Shown here: positions 8,740-19,121 of the stretch, piece after piece
How positions within the stretch are numbered: position 1 is the stretch's first letter
Layout: the number at the start of each line of letters is the position of its first letter
Source: a virus
Taxonomy: Duplodnaviria; Caudoviricetes
Reading direction: 5' to 3' (one strand)
Virus record (IMG/VR): IMGVR_UViG_3300021964_010723
DNA length: 64,000 bases
Translations under genes and position numbers: made by a program
The notes under the pieces: generated by a model
Seen by the model: only the letters and a program-made list of their open reading frames with translations
What the model was told of the DNA's origin: nothing
The model's database searches: none

Positions 8740-9177
8740 ATGACTAGAACAGAAACGAAAGATCGATTCCATCGGATGGCGAGTGAAATTATGCAGAATA
8801 TGGATTTCACTCGCATCCATCATACCATGCAGGTGCTAGACTGGCGGTATCAAGGAGAACGGCAGTCTGAGGGTGATATCCGTATTTTTTGCCGCAGACT
8901 ACTACACGAAACAATTGAACGTGTATTAGATTCGCCTACAGGAGAAGCATTCCTAAGCACAGGTGGTTTTGAAATCACCATTTATCACCCAGACCATTTA
9001 GACGAAGAACGTGCTGGTACATTAGATGTCAAGTTTGTAGTTGAACATGACATGATGATTTTTGACCAGACTGAACAATCAAAAACAAGTATACAAGAAC
9101 AGATTGATGAAATCCTAACAAGATTAGACCAACTTGAAGACGAAATGAATCGATATATTGTAGATTACAGAGAATGA
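8740..9177 (+). CDS. Hypothetical protein
   Basis: SD GAGGAG; 145 aa with C-terminal coiled-coil-like segment. Confidence 0.65.
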   Translation: MTRTETKDRFHRMASEIMQNMDFTRIHHTMQVLDWRYQGERQSEGDIRIFCRRLLHETIERVLDSPTGEAFLSTGGFEITIYHPDHLDEERAGTLDVKFVVEHDMMIFDQTEQSKTSIQEQIDEILTRLDQLEDEMNRYIVDYRE

Positions 9178-9671
9178 TAACCCAAAAATCCCAACAAATG
9201 CAACTAGGATCATCCCAGGAAAAAGTTGCAATAGCTGCGCTGAGGAAGCAATACGACATTGAAGATAGGAGCGCATGGGCCAAAGACCCTAACAAACCTT
9301 ATGCAATGGATTGGTATTGGCCTGATCAAAAGATGGCTGCTGACTTTAAATTTAAAAAAATTAGCAAGTCAAAAAAATATCCCCCTGCTTTTTATTTGAA
9401 TTTAGAGCATTACCAAAAATATTGCCATTATGTAGCGTCTGATCCTGATGTCGAAGTAGGTGTCTTATGGTACATGGATCAAGATTTAGGTAATGAGTAT
9501 TTGCTAGAATTAGAAAAACTCACAATTGGAATTCACGTAGGGCAAGTCTATAAAGGGTTTAATGAAAAATTTAGAAGTGCTTACGAATCTGGATATTACT
9601 TTAGTATTCCATTAACCTTGTTTACGGATATTACAGGTCTGTCCTGCAGCATAAATTTTAACCGACAGTAG
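9174..9671 (+). CDS. Possible PD-(D/E)xK-like nuclease
   Basis: E(QEK)...MDW...ADFK spacing resembles the PD-(D/E)xK core; AT-richer than flanks. Confidence 0.35.
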   Translation: MITQKSQQMQLGSSQEKVAIAALRKQYDIEDRSAWAKDPNKPYAMDWYWPDQKMAADFKFKKISKSKKYPPAFYLNLEHYQKYCHYVASDPDVEVGVLWYMDQDLGNEYLLELEKLTIGIHVGQVYKGFNEKFRSAYESGYYFSIPLTLFTDITGLSCSINFNRQ

Positions 9672-9754
9672 AATACAGGGAATAATATGACACAGTATTT
9701 AAATTGGTTCATTGTCGCTATCGTCGTGTTAGCACTACTTGACCAGGTGGGTAT

Positions 9755-9952
9755 ATGAAATATTTTGTAGTTTGGGCACAGGACTTTGGTTTAGAATATC
9801 TCCAGTATGACACGGCACAGCAAGCATTTGCTTTCCTTGAAACTCTATTACTGGAAGGCGTAGATGCGGACAAGATAATGATATTCCGTGGCGACACAGT
9901 TGGTTATACAGTTGAAGAACACAAACACTATACAATTAAAGGAGAAGAATGA
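9755..9952 (+). CDS. Hypothetical protein
   Basis: 65-aa co-oriented ORF. Confidence 0.5.
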   Translation: MKYFVVWAQDFGLEYLQYDTAQQAFAFLETLLLEGVDADKIMIFRGDTVGYTVEEHKHYTIKGEE

Positions 9953-10194
9953 AAGGTAGAACAGCACAACGCATCCGACGTAAGGCAGCAATTGAAAGAC
10001 TGGAGTATCAACACACACATTACACAGATAAAGTTAGAGAGATTAAAGAAGCACTTAAGACTGCTCGCAATCACAAGGACAAGCAGGAAGAACAACTGCA
10101 GGAAGATCTATTAAGGATCGCAGAAGACAAGTTAGCTAAGTGCAAGACCACGCTGGATAATACAAATCGCCTATTGAAGGCATCTGCTGCATAA
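9949..10194 (+). CDS. Small coiled-coil protein with N-terminal arginine-rich motif
   Basis: MKGRTAQRIRRKAAIERLE; SD AAGGAG; ATGA overlap with upstream ORF. Confidence 0.65.
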   Translation: MKGRTAQRIRRKAAIERLEYQHTHYTDKVREIKEALKTARNHKDKQEEQLQEDLLRIAEDKLAKCKTTLDNTNRLLKASAA

Positions 10195-10218
10195 ATATTC
10201 TAAACGAGGATTTAGAAT

Positions 10219-11277
10219 ATGCAGGACATTAGACATTACATCAATGTCATAGACCAACTGAACGAAGAGGTGCGCTGGCAAAAAAGCCTCTTCGATCATC
10301 TCTTCGTAGATGATATCAAAATATACGACTTCAATCCTGACTCAGGATATAACGAAGAAAAACGATACCCCTATCTGATCCAACCAAATCATAAAAAATT
10401 CTGGACACCTGTTGTTCCGGCTATGATGGAACGACTTGAAATGACTCGGCGTATGGCAGGTTGTCATGTGCTAGGCGTAGACAAGCTCAAGCAGTTGATC
10501 GCAATCCAAGGCCGCCGGCAAAAGCAGATATCAGTATTTACTTCAGATGTTGAAGGATTTATATCTGCTTCGGGTATATGGGGAGGAGGTGGCTTAGTAG
10601 CTATCTTAACAGGCGATGTTTCTGTAGGTGCTGCAGCAGACATAATGAGTGTAGTTGATAAGGGAGGCCGTAGACTAATTGATTTAGGTCCAGAGCCAGA
10701 TTTCCAAGGTGAATTTCCATACGATATCTATGACGAAAGGCCCTACAATCTCTTATGGAATGCACTGGTAGACATGCGTACTCCTATCCTAGCAGAACTT
10801 AAATCAACAGGTGTAGAACCCCCCGTACCTCCAGACATAAGGCGTAATACACTAGGCAGCCGCATGCTGGTAGACAGTGATAGTTTCACCGGCGAGCAAA
10901 AAGCCCAGGCAATTAAGCAGTATATCGACGGTGTTGAACGAGTTATTGAAAAACACAAGCAGGTATTCCAAGAGATGTTCTTCCAGCATGTAGAGCGTCA
11001 AAGCACTGCATGGGAAGATCTCATAGAGGACTATGATGAACTGGTAATGGGCAACTTTAGGATCGAAAAACTCTACGTTATATCAGAACATATTGATGCA
11101 GATGAAGGCGAAAAACCAGGATGGCCGCATGATTACTTTCCTGAAGAGGGTGTATTCTGCAGCCAACCACGCCGGCAATGCATCGCACTAGATTTTCCAG
11201 TAGAATTTACAGACGAACGTGATCTTCGAGACAGGCTTGAAGCAGAAATGGTAAAACGTAACCATAGGAGGGCGTAA
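10219..11277 (+). CDS. Hypothetical late protein
   Basis: 352 aa; ATAAATA at 10191-10197 and SD GAGG. Confidence 0.7.
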   Translation: MQDIRHYINVIDQLNEEVRWQKSLFDHLFVDDIKIYDFNPDSGYNEEKRYPYLIQPNHKKFWTPVVPAMMERLEMTRRMAGCHVLGVDKLKQLIAIQGRRQKQISVFTSDVEGFISASGIWGGGGLVAILTGDVSVGAAADIMSVVDKGGRRLIDLGPEPDFQGEFPYDIYDERPYNLLWNALVDMRTPILAELKSTGVEPPVPPDIRRNTLGSRMLVDSDSFTGEQKAQAIKQYIDGVERVIEKHKQVFQEMFFQHVERQSTAWEDLIEDYDELVMGNFRIEKLYVISEHIDADEGEKPGWPHDYFPEEGVFCSQPRRQCIALDFPVEFTDERDLRDRLEAEMVKRNHRRA

Positions 11278-11484
11278 TGACAGACCAAGAACAGGAACAA
11301 CAATACCAACGTCAGCATGACGAATACCTAAAGCGAATACAAGAAGCTAGAGAACGTGGAGATCTTGCTACAGAACAACAGCTACAACAAGAACTCAACT
11401 ATCTAGACGATGCTGCTTATAAAAGAGCTTAGTTTATTCCTTGCATTTATCTGATAAATATCGTTAAATCGAGGATACAAACTT

Positions 11485-14400
11485 ATGGCAAAAAAACTTT
11501 ACATTGGGCAAACAACCTTTGAACCTTTAGCAAATCAAGTAGTAATTAAAGGTAATATACTACCTCAACGATTATTACTAATCACAAATATTTCAAATAA
11601 CACTATAATTTATAATTTTGCTGATCCCCTATTAGGCTTAATTACTGCTCAATTTGACTCAACTACCGAATCTACAATTTTTACCTTGGTAAAAGATGTT
11701 TCAGCTATGAATAGCGATGATTTCTTACAGGTTTTTATTGATGATCAATCTACAGAATTTACACCAGCAGAAGATATAATTGATCCAGTAGGTAAAATTA
11801 GAATATCACAGCCCCAAAACTTGATAGATACTGATTTTGAGTATGGTTTACAATCTACTAAATGGGAAACATTACAAACTGTGAATAACGTTCCAACAAT
11901 TTATAGCACTAGTGGAGATACAGGAGTAAGTGGTATTTCACAGGTCACTGCTGTTACAGGTAGCCTAGCAATCAAAGTAGAAGTAACCATTGCTCATGGT
12001 TTAGAAGTAGGTGATCCGATAACTGTATTAGGTTTATCGTTATATCAGGCAGAGGGCGCATTTATTGTAACGTCAGTTCCAGATAATTTAACATTCTTTT
12101 TTGAATTAGATGTTCCTGCCACAGTGACAGGGGTTATTAGTGGTAATTACACAAGCATAGTGCCAAGCAAATTTTTTGAAGGATCAGGTATACCAGTTGA
12201 AATTGAAAATGGAATTACTACCGATGAAGCCTCTCCTAGTCAATTGACAGTTAATACAGCATCTGATCATAATTATACTGTTGGCACTAAAGTGTATCTC
12301 CGTAATACTGCAGGTCCTAAATTATTAACTATTGCAGATAGTGCAGCTACAGCACCTGATAATAGACCATATGTAGATACAGTGTCTCAATTTAGTCAGA
12401 CTGATTCAATTGATACACAGATTTCTACCGGAAGGGGTAGTTTTTTAAATTTTCCTGTAACCTCTTATGACTGGAATGGAACTTATGAAAATTATTTTAC
12501 GACAACTACTTTTCCAAGCAATACAGATATTACTTGGGTAAACCATAATTTCCGCGATAATTACACTGTTTTATTTTCAGATCCATTAAGAGGGCGCACA
12601 AATGCTAACTTAGAAGACGGTAGGATTTATTATGTTATAACTGTAGATGCTGATACAATTAGATTATCACTTACAGAAAATGGTACTGCAATCACACTTA
12701 GCACAATGGATCTGTTACATGGTTACCCTAAATTAACTTTAGCCTATAAGGTAGAAAAAGTTTATAACAATATTTGGAATACTGCTATTGCTTCAAGATA
12801 TATTACTGATGTCTCTGCCCAGATATCGTTAAGGGATAACAGTGGAATTGATTACCCAAGTTATAGAGAAGATATTTTTGATCTTACTACGACACATGGC
12901 TTGACTGCAGTACCTGCAGAGTTATATGTAACTAGTCTTCAACAAGGTGGTGATGATGATTGGTGGAATGGAAACCTATCTCAGTCTGAAGCTACTGCGT
13001 ATTACTTTACTAACGATACAGGTCAACAGATTTTGCCAACAGCAGGGGGTTGGACAGCCTACAATGGTGTGCAAGCAAACGGTTATACATCGTCATTAAC
13101 TTTACGTGTTGGTACAGATTTTAGGAATAGTGCTGTAAATCTTGCAGGAGCTTGTTATGAATCGAATGGACGAATTTATATGCGTCTCCGCACAGCTACT
13201 GGTCGAGAGAACCAAAATTTTTATGGGTACTATTACCAGTTTAGAATGACTTTAGTTGCTTACACTGGTGTTAGCCAATTATCAGAAGCTGAAAAGAATA
13301 CAAGTGGGTGGGATTTAGCATTACAAGAATGGGGACTAGGAGGAACTGCTCCTTCACGTTTAATAGCATTCCAAGGTGTTTCAAGTTCATCAAGCTATAA
13401 CTTTACCACAGATAGTTTTAGTTACGGAACCGCTTCAAATGGTATTGACAATCAAAGATATTCAACGACTAAAATTCTAAACACAAATCGTGCAACCCAG
13501 GCAGATTTCCTAACTGGTCAATTTGCAACAGATTTGAGCAACGCAAATTGGTTTGATAGTACTCAAAATAGTGAAATTTTTTATATTTTCTGTAATGATT
13601 TAGGTTTTAATAAAAATTTATTATATGTACCTAATCATGGTGTTAATCAAGGCACCCCTTCACTTGCAACTGTGACAATTGATTCAGCACGTTATGCTGC
13701 CGGAGACAGGTTTGGTTTTGCTAACAGCACAGGTTTTGAAACTACTGTAGCTGACCAGGTCTTCCAGGCGAACTTACTCTATGTAAGCCCATCTACACTA
13801 CGAATGCAACTTATTGACGCACCTAGTACTGATGATATTACAAAATTTGCTAGCCAATTTTCTATGAACTATCAGTATGCAAATCTTGCATATAATACGA
13901 TCTATGTAGAGAATCATAAAATTACAGCTAGCCAAGCAGCTACCTATACAAGTTTAGGTGGAACTGCAATTGCACCTTTAGTTAGTGGAACAGAATATCT
14001 TTTAACTAGGGCAAACGATAATAGATTATCTATTTCTGATGTAGGAGGCGGTGTTACCAGCGTACTTACCATCGAATATGGTGCAAGTATCAACACTGCA
14101 ACCACAGTTTTTATTGATGTAGAAACACCACTAGGTGCTGCTGCAAACACTGCAACTGTTGATTCTATTGAATTTAGAGGAAATTTTAGGCGTCGAAACG
14201 AATATGTTGACATTACATTTGATGACGGTGATAACTATAGAATAGGACAATTTGATGATCAAGGTGACAGCTCAACATATGTTGTGAGTACAACATTTTC
14301 TGCCAAGGATATAACTCCAAATTTGACGAATGTTGGCGGTAAAATTGGATTTAATGTTGAATTTGATGCAAGTGATGGCGTAGATAGCGATGCAGCAGGA

Positions 14401-17028
14401 ATCGGATTTTGGTGGCAATTAAGATTTACTATTACTGCTAGTTCCAGTAGCCTAGCGTTGACATCTGCAGGAACCAATGGTCATCAATTTCTTATTGAAA
14501 ATATAGATGGTGCTTATGATGGAATCTATACAATTACCGAAGTGCCCAGCAGCTTAGAATTTAATATTGAAAGCACTTTTACAATACCTGCAGTATCGTA
14601 TATAATTTCAAGTGTAGCAAATGATGAAATAACCTTTACCGCACCACATAGGTTGATCACAGGATCTTCAATTGATTATTCTTTTTCAGGAGCAACACAG
14701 CTATTTGATTGGACCGCCTATCAAGAGCCTAATGGATATGCTAGGGTTTATGTAATATCCACTGGAGTAAACTCAATAAAGTTATCTACGAGCAGCCTGA
14801 GTGCTATTAACAATCAAGATATTGCATTGACATACGACGGCATACCAGCAAACCATGTATTTAGAACTCAAAATATTGAACGGGCAATAAAAGGTGCAGG
14901 TTCTGTTACAGTCAATGGTAGCACAGGAGTTGTGAGTGGCAGTGGGACTAGATTCCTTAGCCAGTTCAAACGTTTTGATCTGATCTATTTTGACAGCCCA
15001 GCAGGTTATGTCAAAGCCTATACAGTAGGAGATATTACTAGCCAGAGTGATATGACAATCAGCGATAGTGATATTGATATGACAGGTGTTGATTACTACT
15101 ACGTTACAGAGCTAAATCCTAGACCGGATGGTTATAGTCTACACCTGCCCTTTGATGGTGGTGTTGATATCACAGCAGGAACCAGTCCATATAGTAAGAT
15201 AATCCGCCAAACAAGGAAATATTTTAGATACCAATCTGGTAAAGGAATACAAACCAGTTTCGCCGTCAACTTTAATCCGCCCAAGCTTGCTAGACAATTA
15301 ATACAGGCAGCTGGAACCACAGCAACTATATACAGCCAAGAACAGCATAATCTAAAGGTAGGAGACAGGGTAATAATAGAAGGCGCAACTGTGAGTTTTG
15401 GTAGTAATCCCTATAACGGCACATTTGATGTAGACACAGTTCCAGATCTGTTTTCATTCACGTACGAACTTGGGGAAGTACCAGCTGATCCTAAAGCAGG
15501 TGGTTTCCCAACCTATGTGAGAGATAGTTGGAGTGATAGTTATGTGAGAGCAGGTATGTTTGACGATCAAAACGGATTTTTTATGGAATTCGATGGTCAG
15601 ACCTTAAACATGGTGCGTAGGAGTAGTACCCTCCAGTTAGCAGGCAGTATAAACTGCACTAAGAACTCATCAGTGATACAAGGTATCAACACCAGCTTCA
15701 GCACACAATTACAAACAGGTGATACAGTGGTAATCCGTGGACAGAGTTATCTCATAAACACTGTGCCTGCAGATAACCAAGCCATCATACAGCCTGCGTA
15801 CAAGGGAGCATCAGCCACTTTTGTTAAGATAACCAAGACAGTTGACGTTAAAACCCCACAGAGCGAATGGAACTTAGACCGAGCAGACGGTAACGGGTTC
15901 ACTGGCTTCATTCTAGACACCAAGAAACTACAGATGGCCTACATGGATTATTCATGGTATGGTGCTGGTAAAATACGCTACGGATTTAAAGATCAACACG
16001 GTCATATTAGATACTTCCACGAGTATGTACACAACAACAGGCTTACTGAATCCTACTTCCGTTCAGGTAACCTACCTGCTCGTTATGAAATCAGCAATGG
16101 TAGTTCACCTACCACAGCCCCAACACTGTTCCACTTTGGTACATCCGTGATCATGGATGGAACTTTTGATGATGATAAAGCGTACCAGTTCACAGCACAG
16201 AGTAACCAATTTGCATACACTGCAGGAGGACAGTTCACGTTTAATCCTACAGGTAACTCAACCTTCACACAGGTCACTATCGACGGCAAGCGTGTATATG
16301 TCTATAATTTCCCCATAAACTCAACTGATATCGCCAATCTGCAAACAGGACTGGAAGTTACTGCTACCAACACTGCTACTACAGAAATTACCCTGCCTGC
16401 AGGTACCTTTATCACACAGGTAGACATAACCAACAATAGGATCAGTCTTTCATATCCAGCGACCACAAACGATCCAACTGGTAGTAGTGCATATCCCACG
16501 ATTGTGACAGCAGATAACACTTTCGTATGGGGAGACTCGGCTGCGGTTGACTTAACCCAGTTCTTACCACTCATTTCAGTAAGGCTAGCACCTAGTGTGG
16601 ATTCAGGTCTAACAGGATTGTTGGGCGAGCGTGAAATAATCAATCGCATGCAGTTGGCACTACAGCAGGCATCGGTAACTTCTAACAGAGACATTGAGAT
16701 CTTCCTCATCCAGAACTCAATACCTATCAAACTGAACTACACTAACGCCCAAACACCAAGCCTCAGCCAGATAATCAAACACAGACTAGGCGACACACTG
16801 TTAGGAGGGACTACTATATACAGTACCAAAACATCAGCAGGCAGCATCGCGTTTGCGATAGGTGATCTGTTAGAAATGGGTAATTCAATCCTAGGTGGAG
16901 ATGGTGTGTTCCCAAGTGGACCAGATCTACTAACACTGGCTGTACAACCGCAGGATACAGCAGGGATATCAATCACTTCGCCTTTCTCAGTTACAGGAAA
17001 GATCAGTTGGTCAGAGTCACAAGCATGA
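11485..17028 (+). CDS. Very large beta-rich virion structural protein (tail fibre/baseplate-associated type)
   Basis: 1847 aa, T/S/G/N-rich; recurring H-G/N-x-x-(V)GD small beta modules (HGLEVGD, HNLKVGD, HRLITG); ATAAATA at 11454-11460. Confidence 0.7.
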   Translation: MAKKLYIGQTTFEPLANQVVIKGNILPQRLLLITNISNNTIIYNFADPLLGLITAQFDSTTESTIFTLVKDVSAMNSDDFLQVFIDDQSTEFTPAEDIIDPVGKIRISQPQNLIDTDFEYGLQSTKWETLQTVNNVPTIYSTSGDTGVSGISQVTAVTGSLAIKVEVTIAHGLEVGDPITVLGLSLYQAEGAFIVTSVPDNLTFFFELDVPATVTGVISGNYTSIVPSKFFEGSGIPVEIENGITTDEASPSQLTVNTASDHNYTVGTKVYLRNTAGPKLLTIADSAATAPDNRPYVDTVSQFSQTDSIDTQISTGRGSFLNFPVTSYDWNGTYENYFTTTTFPSNTDITWVNHNFRDNYTVLFSDPLRGRTNANLEDGRIYYVITVDADTIRLSLTENGTAITLSTMDLLHGYPKLTLAYKVEKVYNNIWNTAIASRYITDVSAQISLRDNSGIDYPSYREDIFDLTTTHGLTAVPAELYVTSLQQGGDDDWWNGNLSQSEATAYYFTNDTGQQILPTAGGWTAYNGVQANGYTSSLTLRVGTDFRNSAVNLAGACYESNGRIYMRLRTATGRENQNFYGYYYQFRMTLVAYTGVSQLSEAEKNTSGWDLALQEWGLGGTAPSRLIAFQGVSSSSSYNFTTDSFSYGTASNGIDNQRYSTTKILNTNRATQADFLTGQFATDLSNANWFDSTQNSEIFYIFCNDLGFNKNLLYVPNHGVNQGTPSLATVTIDSARYAAGDRFGFANSTGFETTVADQVFQANLLYVSPSTLRMQLIDAPSTDDITKFASQFSMNYQYANLAYNTIYVENHKITASQAATYTSLGGTAIAPLVSGTEYLLTRANDNRLSISDVGGGVTSVLTIEYGASINTATTVFIDVETPLGAAANTATVDSIEFRGNFRRRNEYVDITFDDGDNYRIGQFDDQGDSSTYVVSTTFSAKDITPNLTNVGGKIGFNVEFDASDGVDSDAAGIGFWWQLRFTITASSSSLALTSAGTNGHQFLIENIDGAYDGIYTITEVPSSLEFNIESTFTIPAVSYIISSVANDEITFTAPHRLITGSSIDYSFSGATQLFDWTAYQEPNGYARVYVISTGVNSIKLSTSSLSAINNQDIALTYDGIPANHVFRTQNIERAIKGAGSVTVNGSTGVVSGSGTRFLSQFKRFDLIYFDSPAGYVKAYTVGDITSQSDMTISDSDIDMTGVDYYYVTELNPRPDGYSLHLPFDGGVDITAGTSPYSKIIRQTRKYFRYQSGKGIQTSFAVNFNPPKLARQLIQAAGTTATIYSQEQHNLKVGDRVIIEGATVSFGSNPYNGTFDVDTVPDLFSFTYELGEVPADPKAGGFPTYVRDSWSDSYVRAGMFDDQNGFFMEFDGQTLNMVRRSSTLQLAGSINCTKNSSVIQGINTSFSTQLQTGDTVVIRGQSYLINTVPADNQAIIQPAYKGASATFVKITKTVDVKTPQSEWNLDRADGNGFTGFILDTKKLQMAYMDYSWYGAGKIRYGFKDQHGHIRYFHEYVHNNRLTESYFRSGNLPARYEISNGSSPTTAPTLFHFGTSVIMDGTFDDDKAYQFTAQSNQFAYTAGGQFTFNPTGNSTFTQVTIDGKRVYVYNFPINSTDIANLQTGLEVTATNTATTEITLPAGTFITQVDITNNRISLSYPATTNDPTGSSAYPTIVTADNTFVWGDSAAVDLTQFLPLISVRLAPSVDSGLTGLLGEREIINRMQLALQQASVTSNRDIEIFLIQNSIPIKLNYTNAQTPSLSQIIKHRLGDTLLGGTTIYSTKTSAGSIAFAIGDLLEMGNSILGGDGVFPSGPDLLTLAVQPQDTAGISITSPFSVTGKISWSESQA

Positions 17029-17330
17029 TTGAAATAAATATTTTAAAAGGAGCTGATATGAAAGAAGAATTGCCTTATTATGAATTAGATGAGGACACAC
17101 AGAAACTGTTACAAACTGTTCTTGAGCTGGCTCTTATGAGTGCAAACCTACAGATTGATCAGAAGAACTCACAGTCTGTTATGGATATTGTATTCACAAC
17201 CGCACATCGTTTCGGGATTGATTTCGAAGTGGTCGCACCACAGATAGAAACTGCCCAAACGGATGTACTCAACATTGATAACCTCCCTTTTAATATACAA
17301 GTAAGTTTTATACAACCTGATAAAGAATAG
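17007..17330 (+). CDS. Hypothetical acidic protein (likely start MKEEL at 17058)
   Basis: ATAAATA 17034-17040 and SD AAGGAG before the internal ATG. Confidence 0.6.
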   Translation: MVRVTSMIEINILKGADMKEELPYYELDEDTQKLLQTVLELALMSANLQIDQKNSQSVMDIVFTTAHRFGIDFEVVAPQIETAQTDVLNIDNLPFNIQVSFIQPDKE

Positions 17331-17436
17331 GCCCCGCTGCTTGTGACTAGACACTGAGTCTAGCACGGGCTAAGGCCCCGCTGCTGCTGGCAGACTCAAC
17401 CCAGTTACACTGCACACACTGATAAAGGCCCCGCTG
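17329..17436 (+). repeat. Three direct copies of AGGCCCCGCTG (fourth copy at 22603-22613)
   Basis: Copies at 17329, 17373 and 17426. Confidence 0.75.
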
Positions 17437-17787
17437 TTACGGACTAAATACGGTAAGGAGCAGAACTTGCTGCAGCAGAACGGGTGCGTGACCAACTGAA
17501 TACCGAAAGGGACAGTTATCGATCTCATACTCACTACAGTTAGGTTTACTAATAAAGGAAATGAAGATGAATAGAGAAACCTATACATACGCTTACGGAT
17601 TCATAGCAGGAGTATTACTCGCAGCATTCGTAGTAGTGATCAGTTTCAGTATGTGTGACTACTACTGTGATAAGATGTTAGAGGATTTAAAACGACAGGG
17701 AATCGTTATTGAAGTCCCTACGCTAGGATAAACACTCTATGCCGAACGATGCAGAACGGCACAGTCCGAACAGAGTCGTTCGCTATG

Positions 17788-17896
17788 AGAACTGTTATAT
17801 AGAATAAGAACTGTGATATATAATAACACAGAGTTAGAACTGTGAGATAGAATTATAGGGGCGGAGTTAGAACTGTGAGATAGATGTGAGATAGAA
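17788..17896 (+). repeat. Iteron-like direct repeats, consensus AGAACTGTGAGATAGA
   Basis: Copies at 17788, 17807, 17836 and 17869 plus a partial at 17885. Confidence 0.8.
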
Positions 17897-18078
17897 TAGA
17901 GGCAGAGTATTTGAACTATGCCTGTCGCCACCGTCTTCTACCATTTTTTTACATTCCGTTACAATTTTCTTTTTTCGTAAGAAAAACCAGATTTAATTCG
18001 CATCAAAATTAGCCCATACTAACTTTTTTGGTTAGCATATACTAAATTTGCATATAACTATATGTGCATATATGCATA

Positions 18079-18144
18079 TTTGTATATTTAAATATTTCCA
18101 CATTTGTATATTGTAATATTTGTATATTTAATTATTTGTATATT
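18079..18144 (+). repeat. AT-rich TTTGTATATT x4
   Basis: Copies at 18079, 18103, 18119 and 18135. Confidence 0.8.
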
Positions 18145-18315
18145 TCCAATTTCTCATCACCATCTCGCCTCGTTCTGCTCTACTTACTAGTAAATAGTGT
18201 ATCAGAATGCATCATCGTATCGAAATGTATCATCAGATTGAAACTAAATATTATGTTTTCCAAATCCGACCCACCCCTGGGGTGGTCAGAGAGATCTCGA
18301 AAAAAAGATCTCTTG

Positions 18316-18420
18316 TGATAACAGTGAGATAGAGCTAAGTCACTGATATCATCCTGTATCATTTCCGTTGCAATTCTCATCCCATGCTAGTATACTATAT
18401 GAACAGTGAGCGTAGAGCTT
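18316..18420 (+). promoter_or_regulatory. Early cassette P1 (operator class)
   Basis: Palindrome 18316-18351; TTGCAA(18368)-17-TATACT; GAGC-GTAGA-GCTT leader. Confidence 0.75.
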
Positions 18421-18451
18421 GCAATTTTACTAACACAAATGAGACAGTATT

Positions 18452-18748
18452 ATGTTAGAGCCTCGTGCAGCAAGAACGATCGTAAAATTAGTGCTCGGAG
18501 AAGATCGTGTAAGTCGTATGTATCGTTCATATACAGACTTAGATCGCTCATATCAGGGACGCTTAAATGGCTATCGTACTATGACATATCGTACGAATCA
18601 TTTTATGCCATTTTCTCTTGCAGATATAGACAGTATACGCAAGGCGCTCACAAGTGCAGATCCTAAAATCAAAGTTTATGGGACTGCTCATAACGGAGAG
18701 GGATACTTGCATTTAAAGATTCGCAATATAGACGCTCCCTCATATTAA
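18452..18748 (+). CDS. Hypothetical early protein
   Basis: ORF downstream of P1. Confidence 0.55.
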   Translation: MLEPRAARTIVKLVLGEDRVSRMYRSYTDLDRSYQGRLNGYRTMTYRTNHFMPFSLADIDSIRKALTSADPKIKVYGTAHNGEGYLHLKIRNIDAPSY

Positions 18749-18989
18749 TAATAACGAGGAGACAGAATGGATACTATTAAGAACGAGATACTGAATAGGC
18801 AGACAAGAGAGCTAGAACGGAATGCTCAGATCGCACGGATTAAGATCGTAGAACAAAAGATACGAGATTGGGACGTTCCCGGTTTAGGATTTGCGGGACT
18901 GAGGAGACTTGAACGACAACTGCAAGACCTAAAACACTCGGTTTGAGGAGACGACGAACAGCATCCACCGAGGGGCGATTTACCTAACA

Positions 18990-19121
18990 ATATCAGCGGG
19001 TTAGTGCTAAGTCACTGTGATCACAAGGGATCTTTTTTGTTGACTTTCCCAGTTCGATCCACTATACTATTAAGACAGTGAGCGAACAGCTCCAATTGCA
19101 AACTCCACACTAGGAGACTCC
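18990..19121 (+). promoter_or_regulatory. Early cassette P2 (operator class)
   Basis: Degenerate palindrome; TTGACT(19040)-17-TATACT; GAGC-GAACA-GCTC; CTCC-ACACTA-GGAG. Confidence 0.8.

Noticed and set aside
11485-17028. Diversity-generating retroelement target
   Set aside because: No template/variable repeat pair noticed and no reverse transcriptase in the window
17329-17436. Possible mini-CRISPR array
   Set aside because: Repeat is only 11 bp with uneven 33 and 42 nt gaps, and there are no cas genes in the window
17737-18380. ORFs at 17737, 18064 and 18180
   Set aside because: Low-complexity translations of non-coding repeats with no SD
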